64,000 nucleotides of DNA from Eledone cirrhosa (Eukaryota): contig OZ024744.1 of the NCBI GenBank assembly GCA_964016885.1, forward strand, positions 61,938,001 to 62,002,000, written 5' to 3'. Below, piece by piece: positions 1 to 11,837 of the stretch. The notes under the pieces are model-generated. The model saw nothing but the letters and a program-made list of their open reading frames with translations. It was not told the origin of the DNA and did no database searches. The position numbers were made by a program, and so were the translations under genes. Every line of letters starts with the position of its first letter. Within the stretch, counting starts at the first letter, position 1.

Positions 1-793
1 TTCTTGTAAACAAAACATAGTAATACTTTTACCTCTAATTCTAAATCATTTCCCATCTTTACTTTAAATTAGTCTCTTTACATGTGAAATGTCTGAACTG
101 GTAATTATATTTGATAGCATATAAGACACCCATCCTTCATTTTCTGAAAGGAATCTTAAGAAAACATTTTTTTTATGTGTAATTAGATAAACATCTAATG
201 TTATTAAAACTTGTAACTATAGTAAACCAGAAAAAAATGTGGAAAAAAATACAATGAAAATGAACATGCAACTAGACAGCAGTAATAATTTACAAGGCCA
301 AATCAACTTGGTTATAACAATAAGTGTTTTATAAAGACAGGATACTAAGAGAAATTAAATTACCAGCAAATAAGAAAATTCGTCAAGTGCTACAGGCATT
401 TACAGTATATGAATTTAGACTTGGTATAAGTACCAATAATTTATGGTATTTTGGTGAACAATCTACAGGATAGCAATACTTTACATATAGGATCTGGATG
501 ATATTAGAGAAGTTAGTCTATAGTGCCTTGGTAAACATTATCCTATTGGATCTCAACTTTACATACAGACAACAATATATAGCTTGTGCTTTAATTTCTG
601 TAGGTATCTTGAAGATAAAATCTTCAACAAATATCACATGTACTACAGTATGAAGTTAAACTAGGTAGTACAAGTAAATATATGGTGTATTTGTCAACAT
701 TAGTCTACCAGGTAAACTTTTAAGATTTTTTAGCATTTTTTCCATCTTTTCTTTTAGTATTTTTTTTTTTTATTAAAAGAAATGTGAGTCATA

Positions 794-2096
794 CGAGGGG
801 TGTCAGAAAAGTTCCAGGGCTGATGTCACAAAATATTTATTTCAAACCCAAACTTTACACTAAGAGTTTTCTCCTTCCAAGTAATCCCCCTGGAGTATGT
901 AACTGTAATCTTAGCTCTCTGCAGAGATCAAACTTTTTTCTTCATAATTTTATATACATGTCCTCTGTTTCAGGTCGTCAAGCAATGAGCACAGAGCAAC
1001 GAACAAACTTGAAGTTTCTGGTACGGTTGGGGAAAACTCCGTCAGAAGCACTGGGATTGCTGCAGCAAGTGTATGGAGATGAGACAATGTCAGGCTCATG
1101 TGTTTTTGAGTGGTGCAAGAGGTTTAAAGAAGGACGCGAGGACGTGGAAGATGACCCCAAGAGCAGAAGGCCCTCAACAACCAGGACTGAGGTCAACGTT
1201 GAGTGCGTCAGGCAGATGGTGCGTAGCAATCGTCGGCTGACTGTTCGATTGATGGCAAATGAGCTGGGCATGAATCGGGACAGCATCTGGAAGATTCTCA
1301 CTGAAGATTTGGACATGCGGAAAGTCTGCGCGAAGATGGTGCCAAAACTACTGAATGATGACCAGAAGGGTCGACGCATGCAAGTGTGCCAAGACATCGA
1401 GTGTCTTGAAACCGAACCAGACTTGCTAGGGACAGTCATCACCGGTGATGAGTCCTGGATATTCGAGTACGGAAACCAAACGCCAGATCCTTCAGTGGAA
1501 GAGTCCGTCGTCGCCAAGGCCAAAGAAAGCACGACAGTCGAAGTCCAAAGTCAAGATCATGTTGAACACATTCTTCGATGTGAGGGGGATCGTCCACTGC
1601 GAGTTCTTCCCACAGGGCCAGACAATCAACCAACATGTCTACAAAGAGATACTGCAGCGTTTGCTTCGTTCAGTACGTGAGAAGAGGCGAGAGTTGTGGC
1701 AGGACAACTCGTGGCTGCTTCACCATGACCACGCGCCTGCTCACAATGCCCTGAGCATCCGACAGTTCCTGGCCGAAAAGAACATCGCCGTGCTGGAGCA
1801 ACCTCCCTACTCCCCCAACCTGGCTCTGTGTGATTTTTTCCTATTCCCCAAGCTCAAGGGGGTCATTAAGGGGACCTGTTTTGAAGATGTGGGCGACATC
1901 AAAAAAGCTGTGTCGACGGAACTGCGGAGGATCCCGGGAGAATCCTTCCAGGAGTGCCTGCAAGCGTGGCAGAAAAGGATGGAAAAGTGCATTAGACTCC
2001 AGGGAGATTACTTTGAAGGAGAAAACTCTTAGTGTGAAGTTTGGGTTTGAAATAAATCTTTTGTGACATCAGGCCTGGAACTTTTCTGACACCTCG
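794..2096 (+). mobile_element. Full-length mariner (DD34D) DNA transposon with TA target-site duplication
   Basis: TA at 792-793 and 2097-2098. Left end cgaggggtgtcagaaaagttccagggctgatgtcacaaaa is the reverse complement of right end ttttgtgacatcaggcctggaacttttctgacacctcg. Encloses a transposase. Confidence 0.95.
985..2032 (+). pseudogene. Mariner transposase, frameshifted near 1468
   Basis: ORF 784..1680 (from MSTEQRTNLKF) has the HTH region, KMVPKLL (WVPHEL-like) and TGDESW. ORF 1445..2032 continues ETKRQ...LHHDHAPAH...YSPNLALCDFF...GDYFEG. The frame switch falls at FEY/ETKRQ, where the usual DP codons are missing. Confidence 0.92.
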
Positions 2097-2269
2097 TATA
2101 TGCCATCAAATATGGTAATGCAGAGATTGTGACAAACTGCTTAAATGGACTCTTCAAAACTGTTTAGAAGAGTGCATGTAAGCATGACACTCCTTCTCCT
2201 TGAGCAACCAATATAGTTTCACAACTATACTATACTATACTATACTATATATATATATATAAAATATAA

Positions 2270-2630
2270 TTGATTTTCCTTTGAGGAAGCCTCCACAGCG
2301 TAGATAACTATAGATAATAGTTGAATAAGTTTTGAATAAGTTTGGACAAAAAAGGTGGACGGAAATGCCAGCAAGAGTCAAAGTATGCATCTGCCATATG
2401 CCAGACAACTGCATTTAACCATTACACCATACTGCATCCGGACGCCAATTACCTTCTTTTAAAAGCATTAAGTGTTAAGCTAGAAATATAAACATTTGTT
2501 TAAATATGGTCATCTAGAATATGGCAGATGCATCATTTGATTCATGTTGGCATTTCTGTCCACATTTTCCCATCTCCTAGGGACTTATTCAACTATTACT
2601 TATAGTTGTGGTAGCTTCACAAAAGCAAGT
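2270..2630. mobile_element. Degenerate fold-back (palindromic) MITE-like element
   Basis: Paired arms: taatagttgaataagt / acttattcaactatta, gtggacggaaatgcca / tggcatttctgtccac, atgcatctgccatat / atatggcagatgcat. Confidence 0.6.
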
Positions 2631-3119
2631 ATATTTTCAAATTTTCCCAATGCTTTGTAAATTTACTAAATGTTTACACACATTCACCTTTCTCTCCCAA
2701 AACACATATAGCAACTCTGCCTAGAAAAAAAATAACTTTAAAAAATCTTTATCATCAATCTTATCTTCTGTTTCTTCAATGAAATGTGGTATGTGTCACA
2801 ATGGTAAACTTGAACATAATTCTGCTACTAGATTTTAAGTCCATAACAAATGCCATGTAAATAACACAACTTATCAACACTTTATGGCATACTGCACACA
2901 ATATACCATACTGTAAGTAAATTTAAAATACCATAGTACCACCTTTAGGCTGACTTCTTACAATGGTTTATATAATATGAGTGCTTGCATCATCGTCATC
3001 ACCACCCCGACCATCATTTCTCTGCCTGATAGCTATGGCAAAGGAAGCTGCATAGTGGACTTATCTAAAGGATTGAGGACAGGTCCTCAACTTCTTCAAG
3101 TTCCATTTCAGGAGGAATG

Positions 3120-3540
3120 TGCTGACCTCAACTGTGTTTTATAAAAGATGGGCGAGAACAGGGAGATTGGTGAGGCTGAATGGGACTATTCTAAGTATGC
3201 TTTTCTAAGCAGGAGGAAAGATACTGGAAGAAGGTACTTTCAATGTCCATGAGGTGACAGAGTAATCTAGGGTTTTGTAGGGGTGGGTTTCCCTAGAATT
3301 ACCCTAAAATACATTCTCCTAGACTCATTAAGGAACTGGGCTTAATTGATATTCATTATTCTTCTCTATTGTTATCATGAATATTTTTTTAAAAACAATT
3401 CCTATTTTTGTTATCCCTATTGTTATCTCTTTGTTAATGTCCCCTTTCCTTTACTTGATGTAAACCCCACTATGTTGGTTTTGTTCCTGTATCATCCCCC
3501 AATGTTTTGGGCCTTTGATCCAATAAAAGATATTATTATT
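3120..3540 (+). mobile_element. Old 3' fragment of a Tx1/L1-like LINE
   Basis: ttttataaaagatgggcgag...gaatgggactattcta and a 3' UTR ending ccaataaaagatattatt loosely resemble the ORF end and 3' UTR of the element at 17625-18500. By-eye similarity only. Confidence 0.35.
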
Positions 3541-4405
3541 GTGCTTGTTGTTACTAGGACATAAACCATTGTTTTCTAGAGGAAATAAGTAATATTTGAT
3601 TTCTTCATCAAATTTGAATAAAGCTATGTTTGTGGATATCTCACACACACACTGGAGCACTGAGTGAGTCAAAATATTTAGAACGTGTAGAACATTTTGA
3701 ATTGAAGGGTACAGAGTTTAATTCTCTATAGTGACTGCTGGCCACTATTTTTGTCTATAGGGGTATTTTACCCTATTATTTATAGCAATCAAATGTGTCC
3801 ACAGTTATTTCCTGCATTTGAGGTTTTCTACATTTTTTAAAGTGTGTGTGTGTGTGTGTGTCCAAAATGTCCCCCACACCACTACATCCCCATACACTAA
3901 TCAGCTATCCCTACCCTTTACTCATTGCCCTGCCAAATTATCTCCCTCCCCAGAGCTGGGAAGGCTCTACAGTTGAGTCTATGACCAACACCCTCCCAAG
4001 TGATGGTGCCACAAAAATGCACCTAGTACACCCTGTAAGGGTAGTTGGCGACAGGAAGGGCACCCAGCTTAGAAATTATGCCTAAAAGTGTTAAGAGGAT
4101 TCCTTAGTTGCATCAAAGACACAACAACCTCTATAGTGTTGGTGATTTACATAATAAACACACCCAGTACACACTGTAAAGTGGTTGGTGATAGGCAGGA
4201 CATCCAGTCATAGAAAGCTTGTCAAACAAAGGTTTGGGAGGACTCATCAGTTTTTGTCAAAAGACAACTTCTCTGCACTTGATATGACCATATATAAGGG
4301 TGATATAGACCTCTTGGACAGTCTGGAAGATCTTGCTTCAGTACTGGCTTGGTCTATGTTGACCCGTCCAACCCTTGCTAGAGAGTAAGCAGACATTGCA
4401 CAAAA

Positions 4406-4451
<46 letters not shown>

Positions 4452-4599
4452 TTAATGGTGCTGTAACCGAATGTGGCTTTTTAGTCAAATCAATGATCTA
4501 AAGTGTCTTGCACAGAGTTGGCAACCATGATAAAAACATTCACTGGCAATAACCAGCTGTGGTTGGTCTTCATGTACTTTTGCATGACGTTTGAGCCCT

Positions 4600-4920
4600 C
4601 CTGCTGATCTATACTCTCTTCCACATGTTTAACAGCAGCCTGGCAACCAACCACGGGTCTCACTTTATGACTGCAAAGATGACTTTTGAGTCCAGCTTTG
4701 CTGAGGCAGAGTCTTGCATAGACACTGCATGTCAACGCCATAGGAAGACCTTTGCTGTCTGGAAATGTAACAGCAATGCCTTTCCTGACATCCCTTTTTA
4801 CTTTCTCGTATGTGATTCGAGATGCTTCAACAGCAACTTTCCCACGTATCAGTAGAGATATTAGCGTCTTTCAATGAATCCTTATACCTCTTTTTTGGTT
4901 TATGTGGAGGTTGTTTTCCT
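4600..4920 (-). mobile_element. Degenerate 3' end of an RTE/BovB-like LINE
   Basis: Minus-strand translation gives GKQPPHKPKKRYKDSLK and LTCSVYARLCLSKAGLKSHLCSH, resembling the Cys/His C-terminal tail of BovB-type RTE ORFs. Confidence 0.55.
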
Positions 4921-4948
4921 TTAACTAACTCTCCATAAAAGAGCTGTT

Positions 4949-5157
<209 letters not shown>

Positions 5158-5892
5158 CTGACCAGAGGTCACCAGCTAACTCACTGGAAAGAGATTTTTC
5201 TTGCCAAGCCTTCTGAAGGCAAGGTAAAAAAATAAACAGGCTTCTGAAGAAAGATGATGATGTTGACATGGTGTATGTGCATAAAAGGTAGAGGAGGAAG
5301 ACTATGTCGGATTAGCTACACATATAAACATTCATATTTACATTATAAACATACAATTTGACTATCTGCTTATAGTAATCCTTTTATCAGTGTACTCATT
5401 AATAAATGTCACAAAGTTGAAGGAATGAAACTTTAAACCAGTAAATCCAGAAATAGAAGCTCTACTGCAACTCAATCAAACTTCTGAAAATGAATCCATG
5501 AAAGCGTTAGGTTGGCAATTACAGAGAACATGAAACAACACCAATGTAAATATATACTCTCTATAAATATAATATATAACAGGATTAATGTAAATATATG
5601 CACTATATAAACATACATGATAGTAAATCTGTTCAGGAGAGAAGGGCTGAGAAAGATAGAGAGATGGGAAAACAGAGAAGGAGAGAGAGATAGGGATATA
5701 GAGGGGGAGATAGGGTGGAAAGATGGGAAGAAAGAGGGAGATAGAGAAGAGAGGGTAGATAAGGTAGAGAAATGGGTGAGAGGGGGAGTAAAACAGAAAA
5801 AGAAAGAGTGACAAAAATGGAATCTGGAATTACTAAAGAATCACCTCATTCTTGTTCATTTAGAAAGCCTTCCTTTAACAAACACATACCTG

Positions 5893-5929
<37 letters not shown>

Positions 5930-6349
5930 TAAATGAGAAAACACAGGTAAGCATTAAGAGAAGGATTTTATCCAGGTATTTACGACCGTTTCATTGGTAA
6001 GTGCAACCTTATATTGCTATACTGCAAATAGCAGCCACTCAATTATAATTGTTGTTCACAGTCCAAATTTTCAAAATAGTAAGTTACTCTTGAAATAATT
6101 CTTAATATATATAGAGAAAAACATATATTTGGAATTGTATTTACTAGTATAGAGAGAGAGGAAGGGGGAAGAGGTAGGAAGTAGAGTGACAAACTGAGAT
6201 GGAGGGAGGGGTAGAGGTGGAAGGATTCCTTGGTCAGTTTTGATAGCAGACTTCATGTCATGGAATGTAGTGAGTTAAAGAGAATTAAATTGATCATAGT
6301 GGGAGGGATGGATAGAGAGGGAGAGAGGGGGGGGGGGAGATATAAAGAG

Positions 6350-6386
<37 letters not shown>

Positions 6387-6956
6387 AAAGATAAAGATAA
6401 TAATGACAAAAATAAAAGCAACGAAGGGGTGAGAAAGAAGAAAAGAAAAGAAAAGATAGCCAAGATATATATATATATAGATAGATGTAGATAAATAGAT
6501 ACACACACAGACATACCTGCCAATATATATATAGAGAGCTAGACAGATGTAGATAAATAGATACACACACATCCATGTATGCACATATACACATGCATGC
6601 TCAAACATACATGCATATACATACACATGCAGATAGACAAGTTGGACTTGATTTTCAGCATTACTTTTATATCATTTACATTGTATATCATTTGGAGTAT
6701 GGCTGATGGTGTGTTTTTTGTTAATATGCAACAAGTTAGTTATATTACTAAATCCCACCAAATTCTTGATTATTTTAGAAATTATTTGGAAATCATAGAC
6801 AGTGACTTTCATTAAAAACATGGAAACAAAAAGGTTAAAGTTTTTATATTTATAAAAAATTTTAAAAAGACTTACATTATACATTACAGATTAATAATAT
6901 GAAAGTTGCATTCTTGATTATTTTCAAAATTATTTGAAAATCATAAGCACATGTCT

Positions 6957-7074
6957 AAAGTCTGTCTCAAGCCCAGAGACTCATCAGGCTGATGCTTATT
7001 CCAGTTTCCATGGCATTATATGACTAAGAGTACAACACTCCCTCCTGGACAGGACACCTGTTCATTGCAGGGTT
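6957..7074 (-). mobile_element. 3' fragment of the SINE family seen at 47530-47808
   Basis: Reverse complement contains aaccctgcaatgaacaggtgtcctgtccagg...ataagcatcagcctgatgag...cagacttt, matching the 3' half of the 47530 copy. Confidence 0.6.
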
Positions 7075-7479
7075 CATATATTTCTAATAAATCATATTAT
7101 AAATATAATAACAAAAGGGTTCAGAGACAAGTGAGATCAAAGAATGGTGCTTGTAGCACTCTGTCCTATTTGGAAAGTTTGCAATAGTAGGCACTGTTAT
7201 GACTAATTTTCCTGTTATATTAGCTTATTTTGTTTCCATTTTATGTCATAAAATGTGACAATAACCTCTGACAAAACCTAGATATATGCAACTAATTCTT
7301 GATTTCAACAACAAACTTTTTAATATTTGGTTATGTTATAGAAATTGTATCTGGCAGTAGTTCCTGGTAAAAACCAATGCTGGGTGTTGTCAAAATGGTT
7401 CTGTTTTTCCCCAAAGAGTATTATTCTTCAGTATATAATCCTCTTGAGAACCTTTGAAATATTTAATGTGAGCAATACA

Positions 7480-8370
7480 GTTCATAAGTACTGGTGTCAA
7501 TTTAATCAGCTAACTCCTTCCTCCAAATTGTTGGCTTTGTGCCTAAATTAGAAATCACTATTAGAATAGTCACAGTGCTGGGAAAAAATGCTTTGTAGTA
7601 TTTGGTCCTGATTCTTACATTCCTAGATCAAATCTCACTGAGGTCAATCAATTTTGCCTCTTATCCCTCCAGGGTTGATAAAATAAAGTACCAGTTCAAT
7701 GCCAGAGCCAATATAATCAACTTTAACCTGCCTACAAATTACTGGCTTTGAGTTTAAATTAGAAAAAAAAATTATTACTATTATTTGGGCGGTGAAATGG
7801 CAGTTTCGGTAGAGGGTTGGACGCCATGCTTTCTAGCATAGTTACGTCCCATTATGGTCTGCGTTCAAATCCAGTCGAGGTTAACTTTGCCTTTCATCCT
7901 TACGGGATCGATAAAAGAAACTACCAGTAATGTCTTGGGTAATTGCTGGCCTTGTGCCAAAAGTAGAAACAATTATTACTATTATTTGTATCTTTCCAGC
8001 ATAGTTACGTCCCTTTACGATCTGAGTTCAAATCCTGCCGAGGTTGACGGGGTCGATAAAATAAAGTACCAGTAATACACTGGATAATTGCTGGCCTTGT
8101 GCCAAAAAGTAGAAACAATTATTTGTATCTTTTGTATCTAAGGGTGGTGGATTGGCCATTCGATAAAGCGCCAGACAACATGCTTCGCAGCACATAGTTA
8201 CGGCCCTTTATGTTCTGAATTCAAATCCCGTTGAGGTTAGTTTTACCTTTCATCATTACAGAGTCGATAAATAAAATACCAGTAATGCACTGGGGGTCGA
8301 TTTAATCAATTTTTCCCCTCTCCCAAATTGTTGGCCTTCTGCCTAACTCAGAAACCATTATTTGTATATT
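7480..8370 (+). mobile_element. Head-to-tail chain of ~5 tRNA-derived SINE copies (family A)
   Basis: Repeated A box (tggcagtttcgg), B box (gttcaaatcc), central gcctttcatcc..ggtcgataaaataaagtaccag and gtagaaacaattatt tail. TSDs: aattattactattatttg (7770/7971) and attatttgtatcttt (7981/8118). Confidence 0.88.
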
Positions 8371-9693
8371 TTCCTTTGATTTTACTTTATATGTAGTGAC
8401 TACCAAGTATCAACCAGATACTTAGGTCAGGCATCTTTGGTTTTGACAGCTTTCAATAACTTTTTTTTTTTGTTATTGTTCTGTTCTCATATTCTGTTCT
8501 CACTTAAGTCACATCACAGAAGTTGATAAGTAAAACAAATAAACTGAGAAAATAAGTACCGAAAGGTAAAAGTAGGAGGGGATAAAAAGAAGTATAAAAG
8601 AGTATAAAAGATATGAATTAAGTTTGCATTAAGGATATTTGAATGGCATTAAATATAAAAATTAACCATTACAAGATTGTGTGTTGACATATATTACAGA
8701 CAAAAATGTATGAAGTATGTGGGTGGTATTTGTTAGAACTATCTTTTGGATGCCATAGATACTAGGTTTACAAAGTATGTTTTCTAGAAACTTTCAGACA
8801 CTTTTCTTTATGACACCTAGAGTTCCTATCACTAACGGAATAGTTGTGTTTTAAGGTACCAAATTCTGTTTATCTCAATTTCAAGATCTTTTATACTTTG
8901 CAGGTTTTTTTATAGTCTTTTGCTGACAGATTTCTATCAGATGGTACAGTCATGTCGATGAATAAGCAGGTCTTGATCCAGCCAAGGCTAGCATTGCCTT
9001 TCATCCCTACAGGGTCAATAAAATAAAGTAACAGTAACGCATAATAAATGGCATCTATTATAGTATTTCTATTCATTTTCCTTCAGTCTTTTACCAGTTT
9101 CAGTCATTAGATTGTTGTCATGTGGGAGAATTAACTAGACAGATTTTTATTTGATCAAAACCATCCCTGTATTTATTTTATTGATCTCATGTTTTATCTT
9201 TGTATCATGCAAATAGGGTGGTATGTTCTTGAATATCTGAAGTATATAAATTAGAAGATTTTAATGAATAATTTACTAAGTCTATTGAACAAAATAATAT
9301 CTAGACTGTACATCTTGTAACACATTTCTGAGTTGAAACTTAAATACAGAAATGTCTATGGTTGTTTTATATGTAGCACTTCAAGACAGAGATATGGCAT
9401 AGATTGCTGAGACCCTAACTCCTTTCTAATAAAGTTGTAGAGGCACCGTCATGACATCATGACATACTGCGTCATGGTATGTGTGCTAGATAGGTGTGAT
9501 TCTCCGTCTTGTCTAGTATCAGACCATGATAGCCTATCCAACCTTTGATAGTATGGAAAACACATAAAATGACAATGATGGTGATGATTAAAATAATTAT
9601 GTAAGTGGAGAGTGGAACATCTAGTGGTAGTGGCGTTGTGTGTGGTGGGGGCTTGTTGAATGATCTATTTAGTATCAATTATTACAAGTTTAA

Positions 9694-9949
9694 CCCTTTA
9701 CCATTTACAAACCCATGCTAGCGTGGAAGATAGACATTAAACGATGATGATGATGATGATTTCTCTATATATACTATTGTATTTTTGTAATAAAGGCTTT
9801 ATCTCATAATATCGAAGCTATGAGATTTTGATGTTATTTATTTTGAGAAAAATACCGTAACGTCAGTATGAGTGGCCAGTTAGAGCTGGTTTGAACAGAA
9901 AGAGGTGAGAAAATTCTGACTGGATATGGCCAGTTTAAATGCTAAAGGG
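9694..9949. mobile_element. TTAA (piggyBac-type) MITE carrying a short RTE 3'-tail insertion
   Basis: TTAA on both sides; TIR ccctttaccattta / taaatgctaaaggg; paralogous to 13424-13641. Insert aacccatgctagcgtggaag...gatgatgat at ~9710-9760. Confidence 0.8.
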
Positions 9950-9988
9950 TTAATAGGAAGAGGCTTTTCTTTAACCTTTTCATTACTA

Positions 9989-10666
9989 TCTAAACTATAA
10001 TAAAGTAAGGAGTGTGTGACTGCGTACAGTTTATTTCTTTTAATCCAGTTAGTAAAATAAGTTGGATTACTTTGAATAAATAATTGTTTCTACTTTAGGC
10101 ACAAGGCCAGCAATTACCCAGTGCATTACTGGTACTTTATTTTATTGACGAAAGGCAAAGTCAACCTCGGCGGGATTTGAACTCAGATCGTAAAGGGACG
10201 TGACTATGCTGGAAAGCATGGTGTCCGACCCTCTACTGATACTGCCAATCCACCACCCTTAATTACTTTGAATAAATAATGAATGAATATTACATAATTT
10301 ATCTACTAAATTTTGTAGTTGTTGATTAAATATATTTTATTACTTATTTAAAGAGTCACTTCTTTAAAATTTTCAAATGTCAACACTTCCGGTTAGCGAT
10401 CACTTATATAAACATTCATATATTTCCGTCACTAATTTTCTCCTAATGCAGTTTATATATAATATCGTCTTTTTTTAATGTATCATGGATTACGTTACTG
10501 ATTACATAGGACAGTGTAACACAGTCTTCATTCAATTTCTGTTTATATTGTCAATTACGATTTAATTTGATGTATCATATCTACATGCATATATACTTAA
10601 GTATAATATCAATATGCACACTACACATGCTAGCAGAAAACCACCCAAAGGTGGTTTTTCTGCTAG
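9989..10666 (+). mobile_element. Non-autonomous Helitron (copy 1)
   Basis: Inserted between A and T with no TSD. 5' end TCTAAACTATAATAAAG; 3' hairpin aaaaccacc-caaa-ggtggtttt followed by ctgCTAG. A paralog with the same 5' boundary lies at 59110-59768. Confidence 0.78.
10082..10262 (-). mobile_element. SINE family A inserted in Helitron copy 1
   Basis: Reverse complement of the family A consensus, flanked by a ~19-bp TSD attactttgaataaataat. Confidence 0.9.
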
Positions 10667-10829
10667 TATTTCTAATGAAAGACATCGCTTATGATTTTCA
10701 AATAATTTTTTAAATAATCAAGAATTTGGAGGGATTTAATAATATAACTAACTTCATCATTATTTGACTGATGTTTGGAACATAAAGGTTCTTAGATAAA
10801 ATTAGATAAATATGAACTCTTTAAAATAA

Positions 10830-11018
10830 TTTTTTCTACTTTTGGCACAAGGCCAGCAATTATCCCAGTGTATTACTGGTACTTTATTTTATCGACCCCG
10901 TAAGGATGAAAGGCAAAGTTAACCTTGGCGGTATTTGAACTCAGACCATACAGGGCCGTAACTCTTTGCTGCAAAGCATGGTATCCGACCTTCTACCGAT
11001 ACTGCCAATCCACCGCTG
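10830..11018 (-). mobile_element. SINE family A
   Basis: Full A box, B box and tail; TSD tgaac(t/a)ctttaaaataat. Confidence 0.9.
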
Positions 11019-11380
11019 TGAACACTTTAAAATAATACTATTGTATTATAGAACAAGGGATAGTTTCAGGCAGTTTGATATCAAAAGGGGTTAATGAAGT
11101 TTAATATGTAGGTGCAGAAAAAGTGTAAAAATTGCAGAAATCTCAAGTTCTGAGTCTGAGTAATCTCTTTCAAATAATTTGAAACAGCTTAAGTTTCATT
11201 GGACATGAAATCCAGAGAGAATTTCCAATATAGTCTCAATGCGTTTCTCCTAACTTTCTGCTTCATAAACTAATCCAACTAACTCTGTGTTGCTTCCTCA
11301 ACCCAAAAGTAAACATTATTAATATTTTTCTCTACACTAAAGAAAACCCCCTTTAGATTTTACAAATTATTGTTATTTAA

Positions 11381-11837
11381 CCCTTTTATACCAACACATC
11401 CAAAATCGCTTCTGGTTATACACCTTCCACCCACATTTTAAAAGTGCTCCTATTTTTTTTTTTTATGAGTCTTTTAATTGATATGTTATCTTAATGAAAT
11501 ATCAATTTTAGTAAATCCTTCTGAATTCATCATTGATTAATTCAAAAAATATTATCTTTCATTAATTGAAATATATAATGTTCAGAAACAAACATGCACA
11601 TACTATTGTGTACATATTTTTAAATTTTCCAACATAATTTGATATAGGAAACACTTATTAAATTATGGTAAAAATACCATGTTAAAAAATAAATAATTTC
11701 AGTAAATCCTCCAAATTCTTCATTAATGGAAATACAGTGTATTTCATAAAAAATATGGTAATGAAAGGGTTTTTCTCCAACTTTTACATTGATTAATTGA
11801 GATGCAGTATGTCATGAGAAATATGGTAATGAAAGGG
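11381..11837. mobile_element. TTAA-type non-autonomous element with duplicated 3' end
   Basis: ttaa-cccttttataccaac start; aatatggtaatgaaaggg end present twice (~11752 and ~11820). Confidence 0.55.

Larger units (their letters stand above)
9975..11090. mobile_element. TTAA (piggyBac-type) non-autonomous element hosting a Helitron and two SINEs
   Basis: ttaa-ccttttcattac ... gatatcaaaagggg-ttaa. Removing 9989-10666 restores ccttttcattactatatttct. Related ends occur at 11381-11837 and ~13360. Confidence 0.65.

Noticed and set aside
895-973. Possible intron in the mariner 5' region (gtatgt...tttcag)
   Set aside because: Short splice-like motifs only; cannot be supported without transcripts.
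6960-6992. Minus-strand CTGATGA plus hairpin resembling a hammerhead (also 37285-37300)
   Set aside because: No GAAA after the stem; these lie within a SINE 3' end and LINE coding sequence respectively.
7787-7880. tRNA genes suggested by A/B boxes in several SINE heads
   Set aside because: No cloverleaf or acceptor stem, and the boxes continue into SINE bodies with tails and TSDs.
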